Positions 11,216 to 20,655 of a DNA stretch of 64,000 nucleotides are shown here, piece after piece. Position 1 is the stretch's first letter. Each line of letters starts with the position of its first letter. This DNA comes from Deltaproteobacteria bacterium. Lineage in GTDB: Bacteria > SAR324 > NAC60-12. The notes under the pieces are model-generated. The model did not search any database. It had not been told where the DNA came from and saw only the letters and a list, made by a program, of their open reading frames with translations. A program made the position numbers and the translations under genes. The stretch spans positions 3,071 through 67,070 of the forward strand of contig JAYOTF010000001.1 in the NCBI GenBank assembly GCA_038150265.1. The letters are read 5' to 3'.

Positions 11216-11915
11216 CCCTGGAGCGCTGAACCTCGCTCAGCAGCTGCGCCTGCTCCAGCTCTGCGACAGCGCCTTCCCCACAGGGGCCTTTGCCTACTCC
11301 GATGGCCTGGAGACGGCCGTCCAGTCCGGAGCCGTTCAGTCCGCGGCCGACCTTGAGCAGTGGATGGACGACTGGCTCCAGCACACCTTCCGGACTCTGG
11401 AAGGCCCGGCGCTGGTGCAGATCATGCGTGCCTGGCAGGAGCAGGACCTCTCTCGCCTGCAACAGCTGGATGAAGAGCTCACCGCCTTCCGGCCTGCGAC
11501 CGCGACCCGGGTGAGTTCCCTCACCCTTGGCAAACGCCTCCTGAAAGCCGCCTTGCCGCAAGACGCCTCCGGGCAGCTTGAGCAACTGCACCAGCAGCTC
11601 CAGGACTCTCCCCTGCAGGGCAACCACCTGCTCGTCTGGGGGGTGCTGGCTGTCTCCCTTGCCCTTCCGGACGCCACGGCACTCTCCGCCTTTGCCTTCC
11701 AGCGGCTCAACAGCACGGTCTCTGCTGCCCTCCGGCTCTTTGCGATTGGGCAGCAGGCAGGGCAGCAGGTGCTGTCCGACCTCCTCACACGCGTTCCGGA
11801 AGCCGTTGAGGCGGTGCAGGCGCATCCGGACGCCCCCAGGCACACCTTCAATCCCTGGCAGGATGTGGCACAGATGAACCACCGGTTCCTCTACACCCGC
11901 CTCTTTCGTTCCTGA
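11193..11915 (+). CDS. ureF: urease accessory protein
   Basis: LQLCDSAFPTGAFAYSDGLE N-terminus and H...YTRLFRS C-terminus. Confidence 0.93.
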   Translation: MATPTPIDPGALNLAQQLRLLQLCDSAFPTGAFAYSDGLETAVQSGAVQSAADLEQWMDDWLQHTFRTLEGPALVQIMRAWQEQDLSRLQQLDEELTAFRPATATRVSSLTLGKRLLKAALPQDASGQLEQLHQQLQDSPLQGNHLLVWGVLAVSLALPDATALSAFAFQRLNSTVSAALRLFAIGQQAGQQVLSDLLTRVPEAVEAVQAHPDAPRHTFNPWQDVAQMNHRFLYTRLFRS

Positions 11916-11939
11916 TCCCCCTTTCCCCACGAGTCTGAT

Positions 11940-12566
11940 ATGCGTAAACCCGTCAAAATCGGCATCGGTGGCCCTGTGGGCTCCGGGAAGACCGCTCTCC
12001 TCGACCGCCTCTGCAAGGCCATGCGCGACCGCTACCAGCTGGCTGTGGTCACCAACGACATCTTCACACGCGAAGACATGGAGTTCCTCATCCGCAGCGA
12101 AGCCCTCCCCGCTGAGCGCATCCGCGGCGTGGAAACCGGAGGCTGCCCTCACACCGCCATCCGGGAAGATGCGTCTCTGAACTTTGAGGCCATTGAGCAG
12201 CTGATTGCAGACTTCCCGCAGCTGGATCTCGTCTTTGTCGAAAGCGGGGGCGATAACCTCGCCGCCAGCTTCAGCCCGGAACTCGTGGACGCCTCCCTCT
12301 ACGTGATTGACGTTTCCGGAGGAGACAAGGTGCCCCGCAAGGGAGGTCCGGGGGTGACCCGCTCTGACCTGCTGGTGATCAACAAGATCGACCTCGCTCC
12401 CATCGTCGGAGCAAGCCTGGAGGTCATGGACCGAGACGCCCGGAAGATGCGGGGCGAGCGGCCCTTCATCTTCAGCAACCTGAAGTCCGGCGAAGGTCTG
12501 GACGCGATCATCAACTGGATCCGGACCGAGTTGCTCTTTGAAGAACCCACCGGCTCACCCGCATGA
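11940..12566 (+). CDS. ureG: urease accessory GTPase
   Basis: [36 protein letters not shown]. Confidence 0.97.
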   Translation: MRKPVKIGIGGPVGSGKTALLDRLCKAMRDRYQLAVVTNDIFTREDMEFLIRSEALPAERIRGVETGGCPHTAIREDASLNFEAIEQLIADFPQLDLVFVESGGDNLAASFSPELVDASLYVIDVSGGDKVPRKGGPGVTRSDLLVINKIDLAPIVGASLEVMDRDARKMRGERPFIFSNLKSGEGLDAIINWIRTELLFEEPTGSPA

Positions 12567-13369
12567 ACACCGCCCCGTCTCCCGTTGGGCAGCAGGCGAC
12601 CCTTTCGCTGACCTTTGCCGCAAAGCAGGGTCGGACCTTTCTGGAACATGCCCGCATTGAAGCGCCCCTGAAGGTCACTCGCCCTTACTGGCCTGATGAC
12701 ACCGGAGCCGCTCATGTGATCCTGATGAGCCCGGCCCCCGGCATTTTTGGAGGCGACGCGTGGACGCTCCGGGTGCACGTTCGTTCTGGAGCAACGGTGC
12801 GCCTCACGCCACAGGGTGCCCTCCGGGTTCACCCTTCTGCACAACCGGCACCCGCTCACCAGCAGGTGGAGCTGATGGTGGAAGACGACGCGGCACTCAG
12901 CTGGGAAATGGAGCCCGTCATTCCCTTCCGGAACGCTCAGCTCCTGCAGACCGTGCACCTGCAGGTTGCTCCGACCGCCCGACTCCTCTACTGGGATGCC
13001 TTCTGTTCCGGACGGGTGATGCACGGCGAAACCTGGGCGTTTCAGCAGCTTTCCCAAGACCTGCGCTGCCAGCAAGACGAGCGCCTGCTCCTCCGAGATT
13101 GCTTCAACCTGACTCCAGACGTGCATCCGGTTCCAAGCCGAGGCATGCACTGGTTTGCAGGCGCCCTGCTTCACCACCCGGAGGCCGCCGCCTGGCTGCC
13201 CACGCTTCCGGAGCCGTCCTCTGCTGAGGAGGCCGCCTGGGGGCTGGATGCTCCTCATCCATCTCTCATCACACTCCGGGGCCTGGCCGCCTCCGGGGTT
13301 GCCTACCGTTATGGCGCCGATCACTTCCGGCAATCGCTCGCCAGTGCGATCTTCCGGGAATCCCGGTAA
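12563..13369 (+). CDS. ureD: urease accessory protein UreD/UreH
   Basis: [21 protein letters not shown] and SGR..GE.W.F motifs; ATGA overlap with ureG. Confidence 0.85.
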   Translation: MNTAPSPVGQQATLSLTFAAKQGRTFLEHARIEAPLKVTRPYWPDDTGAAHVILMSPAPGIFGGDAWTLRVHVRSGATVRLTPQGALRVHPSAQPAPAHQQVELMVEDDAALSWEMEPVIPFRNAQLLQTVHLQVAPTARLLYWDAFCSGRVMHGETWAFQQLSQDLRCQQDERLLLRDCFNLTPDVHPVPSRGMHWFAGALLHHPEAAAWLPTLPEPSSAEEAAWGLDAPHPSLITLRGLAASGVAYRYGADHFRQSLASAIFRESR

Positions 13370-13429
13370 CCGGCGCTTCTCTCTTTTTCGGAAAAAATGA
13401 ACCGGCCTCCGGATCGGCGCAAAAAGTCA

Positions 13430-13458
13430 TTGCGTTGCCGAAGGGGATGCAGTAGGGT
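13430..13458 (+). promoter_or_regulatory. putative sigma70 promoter of the GntR-mtnK operon
   Basis: TTGCGT-N17-TAGGGT immediately upstream of a palindromic operator candidate. Confidence 0.45.
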
Positions 13459-13466
13459 TCCTAGGA

Positions 13467-13489
13467 CCTAAGACATCAGACGTCTTAGG
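13467..13489. promoter_or_regulatory. palindromic operator, probably for the adjacent GntR regulator
   Basis: CCTAAGAC-ATCAGAC-GTCTTAGG perfect 8-bp inverted repeat about 40 nt before the GntR start. Confidence 0.6.
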
Positions 13490-13528
13490 AGATACGATTC
13501 TGCCCCCTTTCCGGAGACGACTGAGACG

Positions 13529-14266
13529 ATGCTCCTTCGAGTGGACAAGCCTTTGGTCCGGCGCGTTCAGGACGCCATTTTGCGGCTGATCCGCGAAGAG
13601 AACCTGCAGCCGGGCGACAAGATCCTCAGCGAAATGGAGCTGGGTCAGCTCCTTGGGGTGGGGCGTTCCACGTTGCGTGAAGCCGTGGGGCATTTGGAGG
13701 AGCAGGGCATTCTGCAAAAGTCTCATGGGCGGGGGACCTTCTTGCGTCAGCTCCCGATTGTGCTGGAGAGCGGGCTGGAAAACCTCACCAGCGTTACGGA
13801 GCACATCCGGAAGGTCGGGGCCACGCCCTCGACGCGGCGCATGGAAGTTCGGCAGGTGCCCGCCGATGACACCCTGGCCCAGAAGCTGGCCATTCCTGCA
13901 GGCACCCCCTGCTTCCGCATTGAACGGGTCCGCTTTGCCGACGAAGTCCCGGCTGCGTACTGCATCGACATCATCCCCGAACCCTACCTGCAGAAGCAGG
14001 CCAGCGAAACGGCGTTGCGGGGGTCCCTCTTCGAGCTGCTGGAGGTCAATGAGCACCCGGTTTCCTACACCGAAAGCTACATCTCGCCGACCCTGCTCAC
14101 CCGCAAGGACCTTCCGGAGCTTCCTGATCGGCAGGCGTACTTCCTCCTGTTTGAAGAGATCAACTTTGACACCGGCGGGCTTCCGGTCTGCTACAGCAAC
14201 GACTACTACAGCAGCCAGGTGTTTGAATTCAAAATCATCCGCAAACGTTTCTTTGCGCAACACTGA
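13529..14266 (+). CDS. GntR-family (HutC/UTRA) transcriptional regulator
   Basis: PGDKILSEMELGQLLGVGRSTLREAV..L...G.L...HGRGTF wHTH plus UTRA-like C-terminus. Confidence 0.92.
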   Translation: MLLRVDKPLVRRVQDAILRLIREENLQPGDKILSEMELGQLLGVGRSTLREAVGHLEEQGILQKSHGRGTFLRQLPIVLESGLENLTSVTEHIRKVGATPSTRRMEVRQVPADDTLAQKLAIPAGTPCFRIERVRFADEVPAAYCIDIIPEPYLQKQASETALRGSLFELLEVNEHPVSYTESYISPTLLTRKDLPELPDRQAYFLLFEEINFDTGGLPVCYSNDYYSSQVFEFKIIRKRFFAQH

Positions 14267-14277
14267 CGAGGAGGTTT

Positions 14278-15534
14278 ATGGAATACCGACAGCTGACCGT
14301 TGAAACCGTCCCGGCCTACCTCCAGGAACTTCCGGAAGTTCAGGAGGTGTTCAGCGACTTTCAGAACCTGGAGGTTGAAGAGGTGGGAGACGGCAACCTC
14401 AACTTCGTTTACAAGGTCCGGCATCCGGAACATCCGGCGCAGACTGTGGTTGTGAAGCAGGCGGTGCCGTTCCTGCGCATTGTCGGCGAGTCGTGGCCCC
14501 TCTCGCGGGAGCGCATGAACTTCGAGATTCAGGCGCTGGAGCATCAGGCCCGGTTCTGCCCACAACACGTTCCCCGGGTCTTTCACTCCTCCACCGACAT
14601 GTCGCTGGTGGTGATGCAGAACCTGGATCAGCACGCGGTCTTGCGGGGGGAGATGATTCAGGGAAAGGTCTTCCCGAAGCTGGCGGACCACGTCTCGACC
14701 TTCCTGGCCGACACGCTGTTTCCCACCACCGACTGGTGCCTGAGCGGTGCCGAAAAGAAGGCCATGGTGGCGCGTTTCATCAATCCGGAGCTGTGCAAGA
14801 TTACTGAAGACTTTGTCTTCACCAATCCGTATGAAGACCACGAAACGAACGCCTACCACGACCAGGTCACGCAGGCAGACAAGGACTTCCTGCAGCAGGA
14901 TCCCCAGCTCAAGGTTGCCGTCGCTGAAATGAAGTACCGCTTCATGAACCACGCGGAGGCGCTGATTCATGGAGACCTGCACATTGGCAGCATCATGGCC
15001 AACGAGGAAGAGACCTATGTGATTGATCCGGAGTTTGCCTTCTTTGGCCCCATTGGCTTTGACGTGGGAGCCTTCCTCGGCAACCTCCTGCTCGCCTACT
15101 TTGCCCACGAGGTGCGGCAGCCTCTGCTGGGTCAGGAGCCCTATGCCTACCGGAACTGGATCCTCCGGACCCTGACGAGCACCTGGAACCAGTTTCAGGT
15201 GAAGTTTGATCAGCGCTGGGTGGAGCATGAGGCCCAGCACCCCAGCTCCTACTGGGACTTCCCGGATGGCCGAACCGGCTTTGCGCTGCAGCGAACCCGG
15301 TACCTGCGTCAGATCTTCTCCGACACCCTCGGCTTCGCGGCCTGCAAGATGATGCGCCGCATCTACGGGCTGGCCAAGGTCGCTGACATTGCCGAGCTTC
15401 CCGACCTCACTGCGCGGCTGGACGTGGAGCGCAAGGTGATGCGGATGGCCAAGGTGATGGTTCAGCAGCGTGATCAGTTCCGCAACATTGAGGAGCTGAG
15501 CGCCCTGGCCACTGAAATCTCTCCGCTGCGCTGA
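14278..15534 (+). CDS. mtnK: S-methyl-5-thioribose kinase (MtnK/DrdK family)
   Basis: EVGDGNLNFV, VKQAVPFLRIVGESWPL, LIHGDLHIGS, IDPEFAFFGPIGFD, MMRRI.G.AKVAD. Confidence 0.9.
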   Translation: MEYRQLTVETVPAYLQELPEVQEVFSDFQNLEVEEVGDGNLNFVYKVRHPEHPAQTVVVKQAVPFLRIVGESWPLSRERMNFEIQALEHQARFCPQHVPRVFHSSTDMSLVVMQNLDQHAVLRGEMIQGKVFPKLADHVSTFLADTLFPTTDWCLSGAEKKAMVARFINPELCKITEDFVFTNPYEDHETNAYHDQVTQADKDFLQQDPQLKVAVAEMKYRFMNHAEALIHGDLHIGSIMANEEETYVIDPEFAFFGPIGFDVGAFLGNLLLAYFAHEVRQPLLGQEPYAYRNWILRTLTSTWNQFQVKFDQRWVEHEAQHPSSYWDFPDGRTGFALQRTRYLRQIFSDTLGFAACKMMRRIYGLAKVADIAELPDLTARLDVERKVMRMAKVMVQQRDQFRNIEELSALATEISPLR

Positions 15535-15537
15535 GCC

Positions 15538-17055
15538 ATGACCCAGCCCACGGTTGAAGTCCGGAATGTGGCCAAGTCCTTTGGGGCCACCCAGGCCCTG
15601 CGCGGAGTCTCGTTTGCCTTCCAGCCCGGGGAAATCTTTGCCCTCGTGGGGGCCAACGGCGCTGGCAAGTCAACACTGATCAAGATCATCTGCGGGTATT
15701 ACGAAGACTACGAGGGCGAGATCCGGATCGATGGACAGGTGGCGCACTTTGCCAGTCCGCAAGACGCCTTCCGGCAGGGCATCCGGACCGTTCACCAGAT
15801 CATTGATCAGGGCATTGTTCCGACCATGAGCGTGGCAGAAAACCTGGCCCTGAACGACCTGCTGGACCCCGCCTCGGGCGTCCGCTACCGCCGCTCCCTG
15901 ATTCGGGAACGAGCCGAAGCCATTGCCGAGCCGCTGGAGCTGCAGATTGCCGACTGGGACCAGCCGGTTTCGGAGTTGCCTCAGAGCGAGCGCCAGCTCA
16001 TCAGCATTGCCCGCTCCCTGGTGGGACAGCCCAAGCTGCTGATTCTGGACGAGCCCACCTCTTCTCTGAGCACCCGAGAGGCAGACCGCCTCTTTGAAAA
16101 GCTGGATCAGCTCCGGCAGCGGGGCGTGGCCATCGTTTATGTGTCCCACCGGCTGCATGAGGTGGAGCGGCTGGCAGACCGGGCCGGCGTCATTCGTGAT
16201 GGCCTGAAGAGCGCCGACCTCCTGCGTCCCATCCGCTCACAGGATCTGGTCGAGGCCATGGTCGGCGAGCTGGAGACCGAGCAGGTGAAGCCTTCAGCGC
16301 CAAAGAAGCAGGGGTCGGTGCGGCTGGAGCTGCGGGACCTGGTGGTGCAGCCCGGAAGCCCGCCCTTGAACCTGAAGCTCCGCGGTGGAGAAATTGCCGG
16401 CATCACGGGCTTGATTGGCGCCGGAAAGTCTGAGCTGGCCGAAGTCCTCTATGGCATCCGGACTCCCGTCTCGGGCACCGTGCTGCTCGATGGCCACCCG
16501 CTGCAGCCTGCCTCGATTGCCGATGCCATTGATCAGGGCATCCACCTCGTTCCGGAAGACCGGAGCAACCGCGCCGTCATTCCCCAGTTCAGCGTCAATC
16601 ACAACCTCTCCCTGCCTTTCCTGCGGGCCTTCAGTCAACTCGCTGTGCTGCGTCCACGCCGCGAGCAGGCTGAAGCCGAGCGCATGGTCCGGAACCTGGG
16701 GGTGAAGTGCAGCGGCATTGAAGCCGCCATCAGCAGCCTCTCTGGTGGAAACCAGCAAAAGGTGGTGGTGGCTCGCTGGCTCCAGAAGCGCTACCGGGTG
16801 CTGCTGCTCGACGAACCCTTTCAGGGCGTTGACATCAAATCGCGGCACGACATCATCCACTACCTGCGGGAGCAGCTTCAGGATGAAGTGGTCCTCGTGC
16901 TGGCCGCCGACCTGGATGAGGTCCTGGAAATCGCAGACCGCGTGCTGGTCCTCAACCACGGCCGTCTGATGGGGGAACAGGACCGAGACGCCCTGAACCG
17001 CCCGCAACTGCTGGAATGGATTTCCACCACAACCTTGATTGACACCCATGCCTGA
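15538..17055 (+). CDS. sugar (CUT2) ABC transporter ATP-binding protein, two NBDs
   Basis: GANGAGKST, LDEPTSSL, YVSHRL, VPEDR, LSGGNQQKV. Confidence 0.92.
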   Translation: MTQPTVEVRNVAKSFGATQALRGVSFAFQPGEIFALVGANGAGKSTLIKIICGYYEDYEGEIRIDGQVAHFASPQDAFRQGIRTVHQIIDQGIVPTMSVAENLALNDLLDPASGVRYRRSLIRERAEAIAEPLELQIADWDQPVSELPQSERQLISIARSLVGQPKLLILDEPTSSLSTREADRLFEKLDQLRQRGVAIVYVSHRLHEVERLADRAGVIRDGLKSADLLRPIRSQDLVEAMVGELETEQVKPSAPKKQGSVRLELRDLVVQPGSPPLNLKLRGGEIAGITGLIGAGKSELAEVLYGIRTPVSGTVLLDGHPLQPASIADAIDQGIHLVPEDRSNRAVIPQFSVNHNLSLPFLRAFSQLAVLRPRREQAEAERMVRNLGVKCSGIEAAISSLSGGNQQKVVVARWLQKRYRVLLLDEPFQGVDIKSRHDIIHYLREQLQDEVVLVLAADLDEVLEIADRVLVLNHGRLMGEQDRDALNRPQLLEWISTTTLIDTHA

Positions 17056-18052
17056 AAACTCTCAAACGTCGCAACGGGACCTGAAGCAGTTTGCCATCCG
17101 GTACGGATTCCTGATTGTGCTCTTTGCTCTGTACGGGCTGTTCAGTGTGCTGGAGCCGGCCTTTCTGACGTGGAGCAACCAGTTCTCCATTCTGCTGGGC
17201 ATTGCCATCTACGGCATCCTTGCACTGGGCGTCACCTTCACACTGGTGGTCGATGGCCTCGACCTTTCGATTGGATCGGTCGCAGCGCTGAGTGTGATGA
17301 TTTCCTCGTACTGCATGGTCATTCTGGAGCAGGGAGCGGTGGTGAGCATCCTCATCTGCCTGGCGCTCGGTGCCTTCGTCGGCCTCTGCAACGGCCTGCT
17401 GATTGTGAAGATGAAGGTTCCGGACCTGCTGACCACCCTCGGGATGATGTTCCTGATCCAGGGCATTCAGCTCATTCCTTCAGCCGGACGGACCATCAGC
17501 GAGGGCATGATCATGGAAAATGGAGAGGAAGCCCTGGGGTTCTTTGACTACAGCTTCCTCTACCTGGGACAGGGCCGACTCTTTGGCACCATCCCGATTC
17601 CCGTGATTGTGATGCTCGTCATCGCTCTGCTGGTGTACATCGTCCTCGACCACACCCGCTGGGGTCGGGTGATGTATGCCATCGGAGGCAATCCGGAGGC
17701 CGCCCGGCTCGCTGGGGCCCCGGTCAACACCTACCGCATCATGGCCTACGTCATCAGTGGGACCATCGCCTCGATTGGCGGCATCCTGCTGGTGGCTCGT
17801 GTGGGCGTGGGAGACATCACCAGCGGCACCGGACTGCTGCTGGACGCAGTGGGCGCGGCGCTGATCGGCTTTGCGGTCTTCGGGGTCCGGCGCCCCAACC
17901 CCTTTGGCACCCTCGTGGGCGCCATTTTCATCGGCATGCTGCTCAATGGCCTGACCATGCTCAGCCTGCCGTACTACACCCAGGACTTCATCAAGGGCAC
18001 CGTGCTGGTCCTCTCGTTGATGTTCACCTTTGCGTTAGCCAAGCGTTCCTGA
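17048..18052 (+). CDS. sugar ABC transporter permease
   Basis: LDLSIGS and TRWGR.MYAIGGNPEAARLAG (EAA) motifs; multiple hydrophobic segments. Confidence 0.92.
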   Translation: MPENSQTSQRDLKQFAIRYGFLIVLFALYGLFSVLEPAFLTWSNQFSILLGIAIYGILALGVTFTLVVDGLDLSIGSVAALSVMISSYCMVILEQGAVVSILICLALGAFVGLCNGLLIVKMKVPDLLTTLGMMFLIQGIQLIPSAGRTISEGMIMENGEEALGFFDYSFLYLGQGRLFGTIPIPVIVMLVIALLVYIVLDHTRWGRVMYAIGGNPEAARLAGAPVNTYRIMAYVISGTIASIGGILLVARVGVGDITSGTGLLLDAVGAALIGFAVFGVRRPNPFGTLVGAIFIGMLLNGLTMLSLPYYTQDFIKGTVLVLSLMFTFALAKRS

Positions 18053-18119
18053 ACCCCAAGGTTCCGGAAACCCGGGGGGAGGGTTCTCCCCCATTTGTTC
18101 TCTCAATCAGGAGACTCAC

Positions 18120-19175
18120 ATGAAAAAACTGCTGTCGGCCCTCTGCGTGATGCTGCTCTGGATCACCCCATTGCTGGCGCAATCGCTGGACAAGGCCCCG
18201 CCCCCCTTCAATGGGGACAAGAAGCTCAAGGTCGCGCTGATTCAGCTGTTGGTGGAAGGGGAGTTCATGCAGACCTTCCGCTCTGGCGCACAGCGACAGG
18301 CGGAGATGCTGGGCATGGAGTTCTATGCGCTGAACACCAAGAATGCAGACAACAAGGCTCAGGCAGATGCCGTGGACCGCGCCATCAGCCTCGGGGTCGA
18401 TGGCATCCTGCTCAGCCACGGACGTCCGGAGACGATGCGGGAGCCGATTCAGCGGGCGCTGGATGCCGGCATCAAGGTGGTGGCGTTTGACATCTACTTT
18501 GAGAACCTGACCAACATCGTCACCCACATGGCCCAGGATGACGTGCTGCTGGGCAAGATGGCCCTCGACGCCCTGGTTGCCGACTTCAACGGCAAGGCGA
18601 ACGTCGGGTACATCTACGTTCCGGGCGTGCTGCCCCTCGACAAGCGCGACAGCAGCTTCACCAAGGTCAAGGAAGAGAACTCCGGCATTCAGGAGATCGC
18701 CCGTCACGGCACCCTGGAGTCTCCGATCTCAACCAAGAATGCCGACCAGGTGAAGGCCACCATGCAGGCCAACCGCAACATCAACGCCTACTTTGCGCCG
18801 TATGACGAGTTTGCCAAAGGAGTCGTGATTGCCCTGCGCGAGCTGAACATGAGCGATCAGGTGAAGGTCTACAGCGCCGACATCAGCACCGCTGACATCC
18901 GTCAGATGACGGCTCCGGGGTCTCCCTGGGCCGCTACTGCGGCAACGAATCCGGCGGCCATCGGTGCCACTGGCATCCGCGCCGTGGCCATGAAGCTCAC
19001 CGGCGAGTACCTCCCGAAGGAGATCACCATTCCGCCGATGCTCTTCACCCAGGAAATGCTGCGTGAGAAGAACGTCCAGCGCTTCAACGACCTCTTCGAG
19101 AAGTTCCCCGAGTTCAACACCGTGGACCGCGCCAGCGCGCCGTGGATCCCGCGTGACTCCTCCGGGAAGTTCTGA
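18120..19175 (+). CDS. sugar ABC transporter substrate-binding protein (RbsB-like)
   Basis: Signal peptide; AISLGVDGILLSHG, AGIKVVAFD, YDEFAKG, YSADIS. Confidence 0.88.
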   Translation: MKKLLSALCVMLLWITPLLAQSLDKAPPPFNGDKKLKVALIQLLVEGEFMQTFRSGAQRQAEMLGMEFYALNTKNADNKAQADAVDRAISLGVDGILLSHGRPETMREPIQRALDAGIKVVAFDIYFENLTNIVTHMAQDDVLLGKMALDALVADFNGKANVGYIYVPGVLPLDKRDSSFTKVKEENSGIQEIARHGTLESPISTKNADQVKATMQANRNINAYFAPYDEFAKGVVIALRELNMSDQVKVYSADISTADIRQMTAPGSPWAATAATNPAAIGATGIRAVAMKLTGEYLPKEITIPPMLFTQEMLREKNVQRFNDLFEKFPEFNTVDRASAPWIPRDSSGKF

Positions 19176-19184
19176 TTCCCTCCG

Positions 19185-19207
19185 GACGGGTTCCTCCTGA
19201 ACCCGTC
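19185..19207. terminator. hairpin between convergent genes
   Basis: GACGGGTTC-CTCCT-GAACCCGTC perfect 9-bp stem just after the stop; no clear U-tract. Confidence 0.45.
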
Positions 19208-19267
19208 TCTGGTCCTCCAGGATCTTCCGAGGCGCCGACGCCATGCGGTGCCTCCCTGCCCTGCGTC

Positions 19268-20557
19268 TTACTCGTACCGCAACGGATCCACCGGATTCAG
19301 CCGAGCCGCCTTGGTCGAGGGGTACAGCGTCACCACAAAGCAGATGAGGAACGAGCTGAAGGTGGTCAGGCCGACATCCTGCCAGTCGATGCGAACGGGA
19401 ATGCGGTTGCCTCCGGGATAGACCCCCGGGGGAATGTCGATGAGGTCAAAGGTCTGCAGCACCCAGCAGATGCCCAACCCGATCAGCACACCGCTGAGCG
19501 TCCCCAGCAGCCCAATCACCACCCCCTGAAACATGAAGATCCGGCGGATGCCGCCATCGCTGGCCCCCAGGGCCTTGAGGATGGCCACCTCCCGCGACTT
19601 CTCCAGCACCAGCATCACCAGCGAGCTGATGATGTTGAAGGCTGCCACCACAATGATCAGCGTGAGGATGAGGAACAGGCCGATCTTCTCAAGCTTCATC
19701 ACCTGAAAGAGGCTCTTGTTCTCATCGGCCCAGTTGCTGGTAAACAGGTCGTCTCCCAGGAGCGGACGCAGCGACGTCGCCACCGCGGTGGCCTCTTCCG
19801 GATCCTTGATGCGCAGGCCCACTCCTGTCACTCGGTCCTTGAGGGCAAAGATCTTCTGAACCAGGCGGTAGTCGGCAAACGCCAGCACCTCGTCGTATCC
19901 GGAGATGCCCGATTCAAAAACCCCCACGACCTCTAGCTTCTTCACCCGGGGGACGTCTCCAACCGGAGTCATCCGCTGCTCGGAAGAGACCACCTGGACC
20001 ATGTCGCCAATGCCCACGTCCATCTGCTGCGCCAGCATGGCTCCGAGGATGATGCCGTCTCGCTGTCCCGATTCATGATCGGCGCTGACTCGTGCCAGGA
20101 TGCGTTCCGCGAGGGCCTGCTGCTCCCTGGGACTGTCCGGAGGCAGGCCATAGACGCTGTCTCGGAGGAAATCGGCAATGTTGGTCACCTTGGGCTCCAG
20201 AAGCGGATCAATGCCTCGCAGCAGCGCCCCCTTGGGCTTGCTTCCACCGGTGAGGAGGGCCTGCTTGTAAACATAAGGCGCCGCGCCGGTCACCTCCGGA
20301 TGCTCCAGCAGCTTCTGCCTCAAGGGCTCGAATTCCTTGAGCTGATCGCCCCAGGAAAACACGGTGATGTGCGGCAAGGAGCCGGTCACCGCGTTCTGCA
20401 GGTTGGTCCGGAAGCCGTTCATGACGGAGGTGGAAACCACCAGCGCAATCACCCCAAGGGCGACTCCGCAAATGGAGATCCAGGTGATGAGAGAAATCGA
20501 GCGGTCTCGCCGGGGGGAAAAGAGGTAGCGTCGCCCAATGAAGAGTTCATAACTCAT
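19268..20557 (-). CDS. lolC: lipoprotein-releasing ABC transporter permease LolC/E (LolF-type)
   Basis: GVALGVIALVVSTSVMNGF, LRGID, VAAFNIISSLVMLVLEKSREVAILKALGA, AARLNPVDPLRYE. Confidence 0.9.
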   Translation of the reverse strand: MSYELFIGRRYLFSPRRDRSISLITWISICGVALGVIALVVSTSVMNGFRTNLQNAVTGSLPHITVFSWGDQLKEFEPLRQKLLEHPEVTGAAPYVYKQALLTGGSKPKGALLRGIDPLLEPKVTNIADFLRDSVYGLPPDSPREQQALAERILARVSADHESGQRDGIILGAMLAQQMDVGIGDMVQVVSSEQRMTPVGDVPRVKKLEVVGVFESGISGYDEVLAFADYRLVQKIFALKDRVTGVGLRIKDPEEATAVATSLRPLLGDDLFTSNWADENKSLFQVMKLEKIGLFLILTLIIVVAAFNIISSLVMLVLEKSREVAILKALGASDGGIRRIFMFQGVVIGLLGTLSGVLIGLGICWVLQTFDLIDIPPGVYPGGNRIPVRIDWQDVGLTTFSSFLICFVVTLYPSTKAARLNPVDPLRYE

Positions 20558-20655
20558 GGCTGTTGCCCAAAGAGGTCAGAAAGGAGGTCAAACGGTGAGG
20601 AACCCGGGCAGGCAGGCTGAAGCACAGGGGCTTCAGCCCAAGAGAAGGGGAGGAG

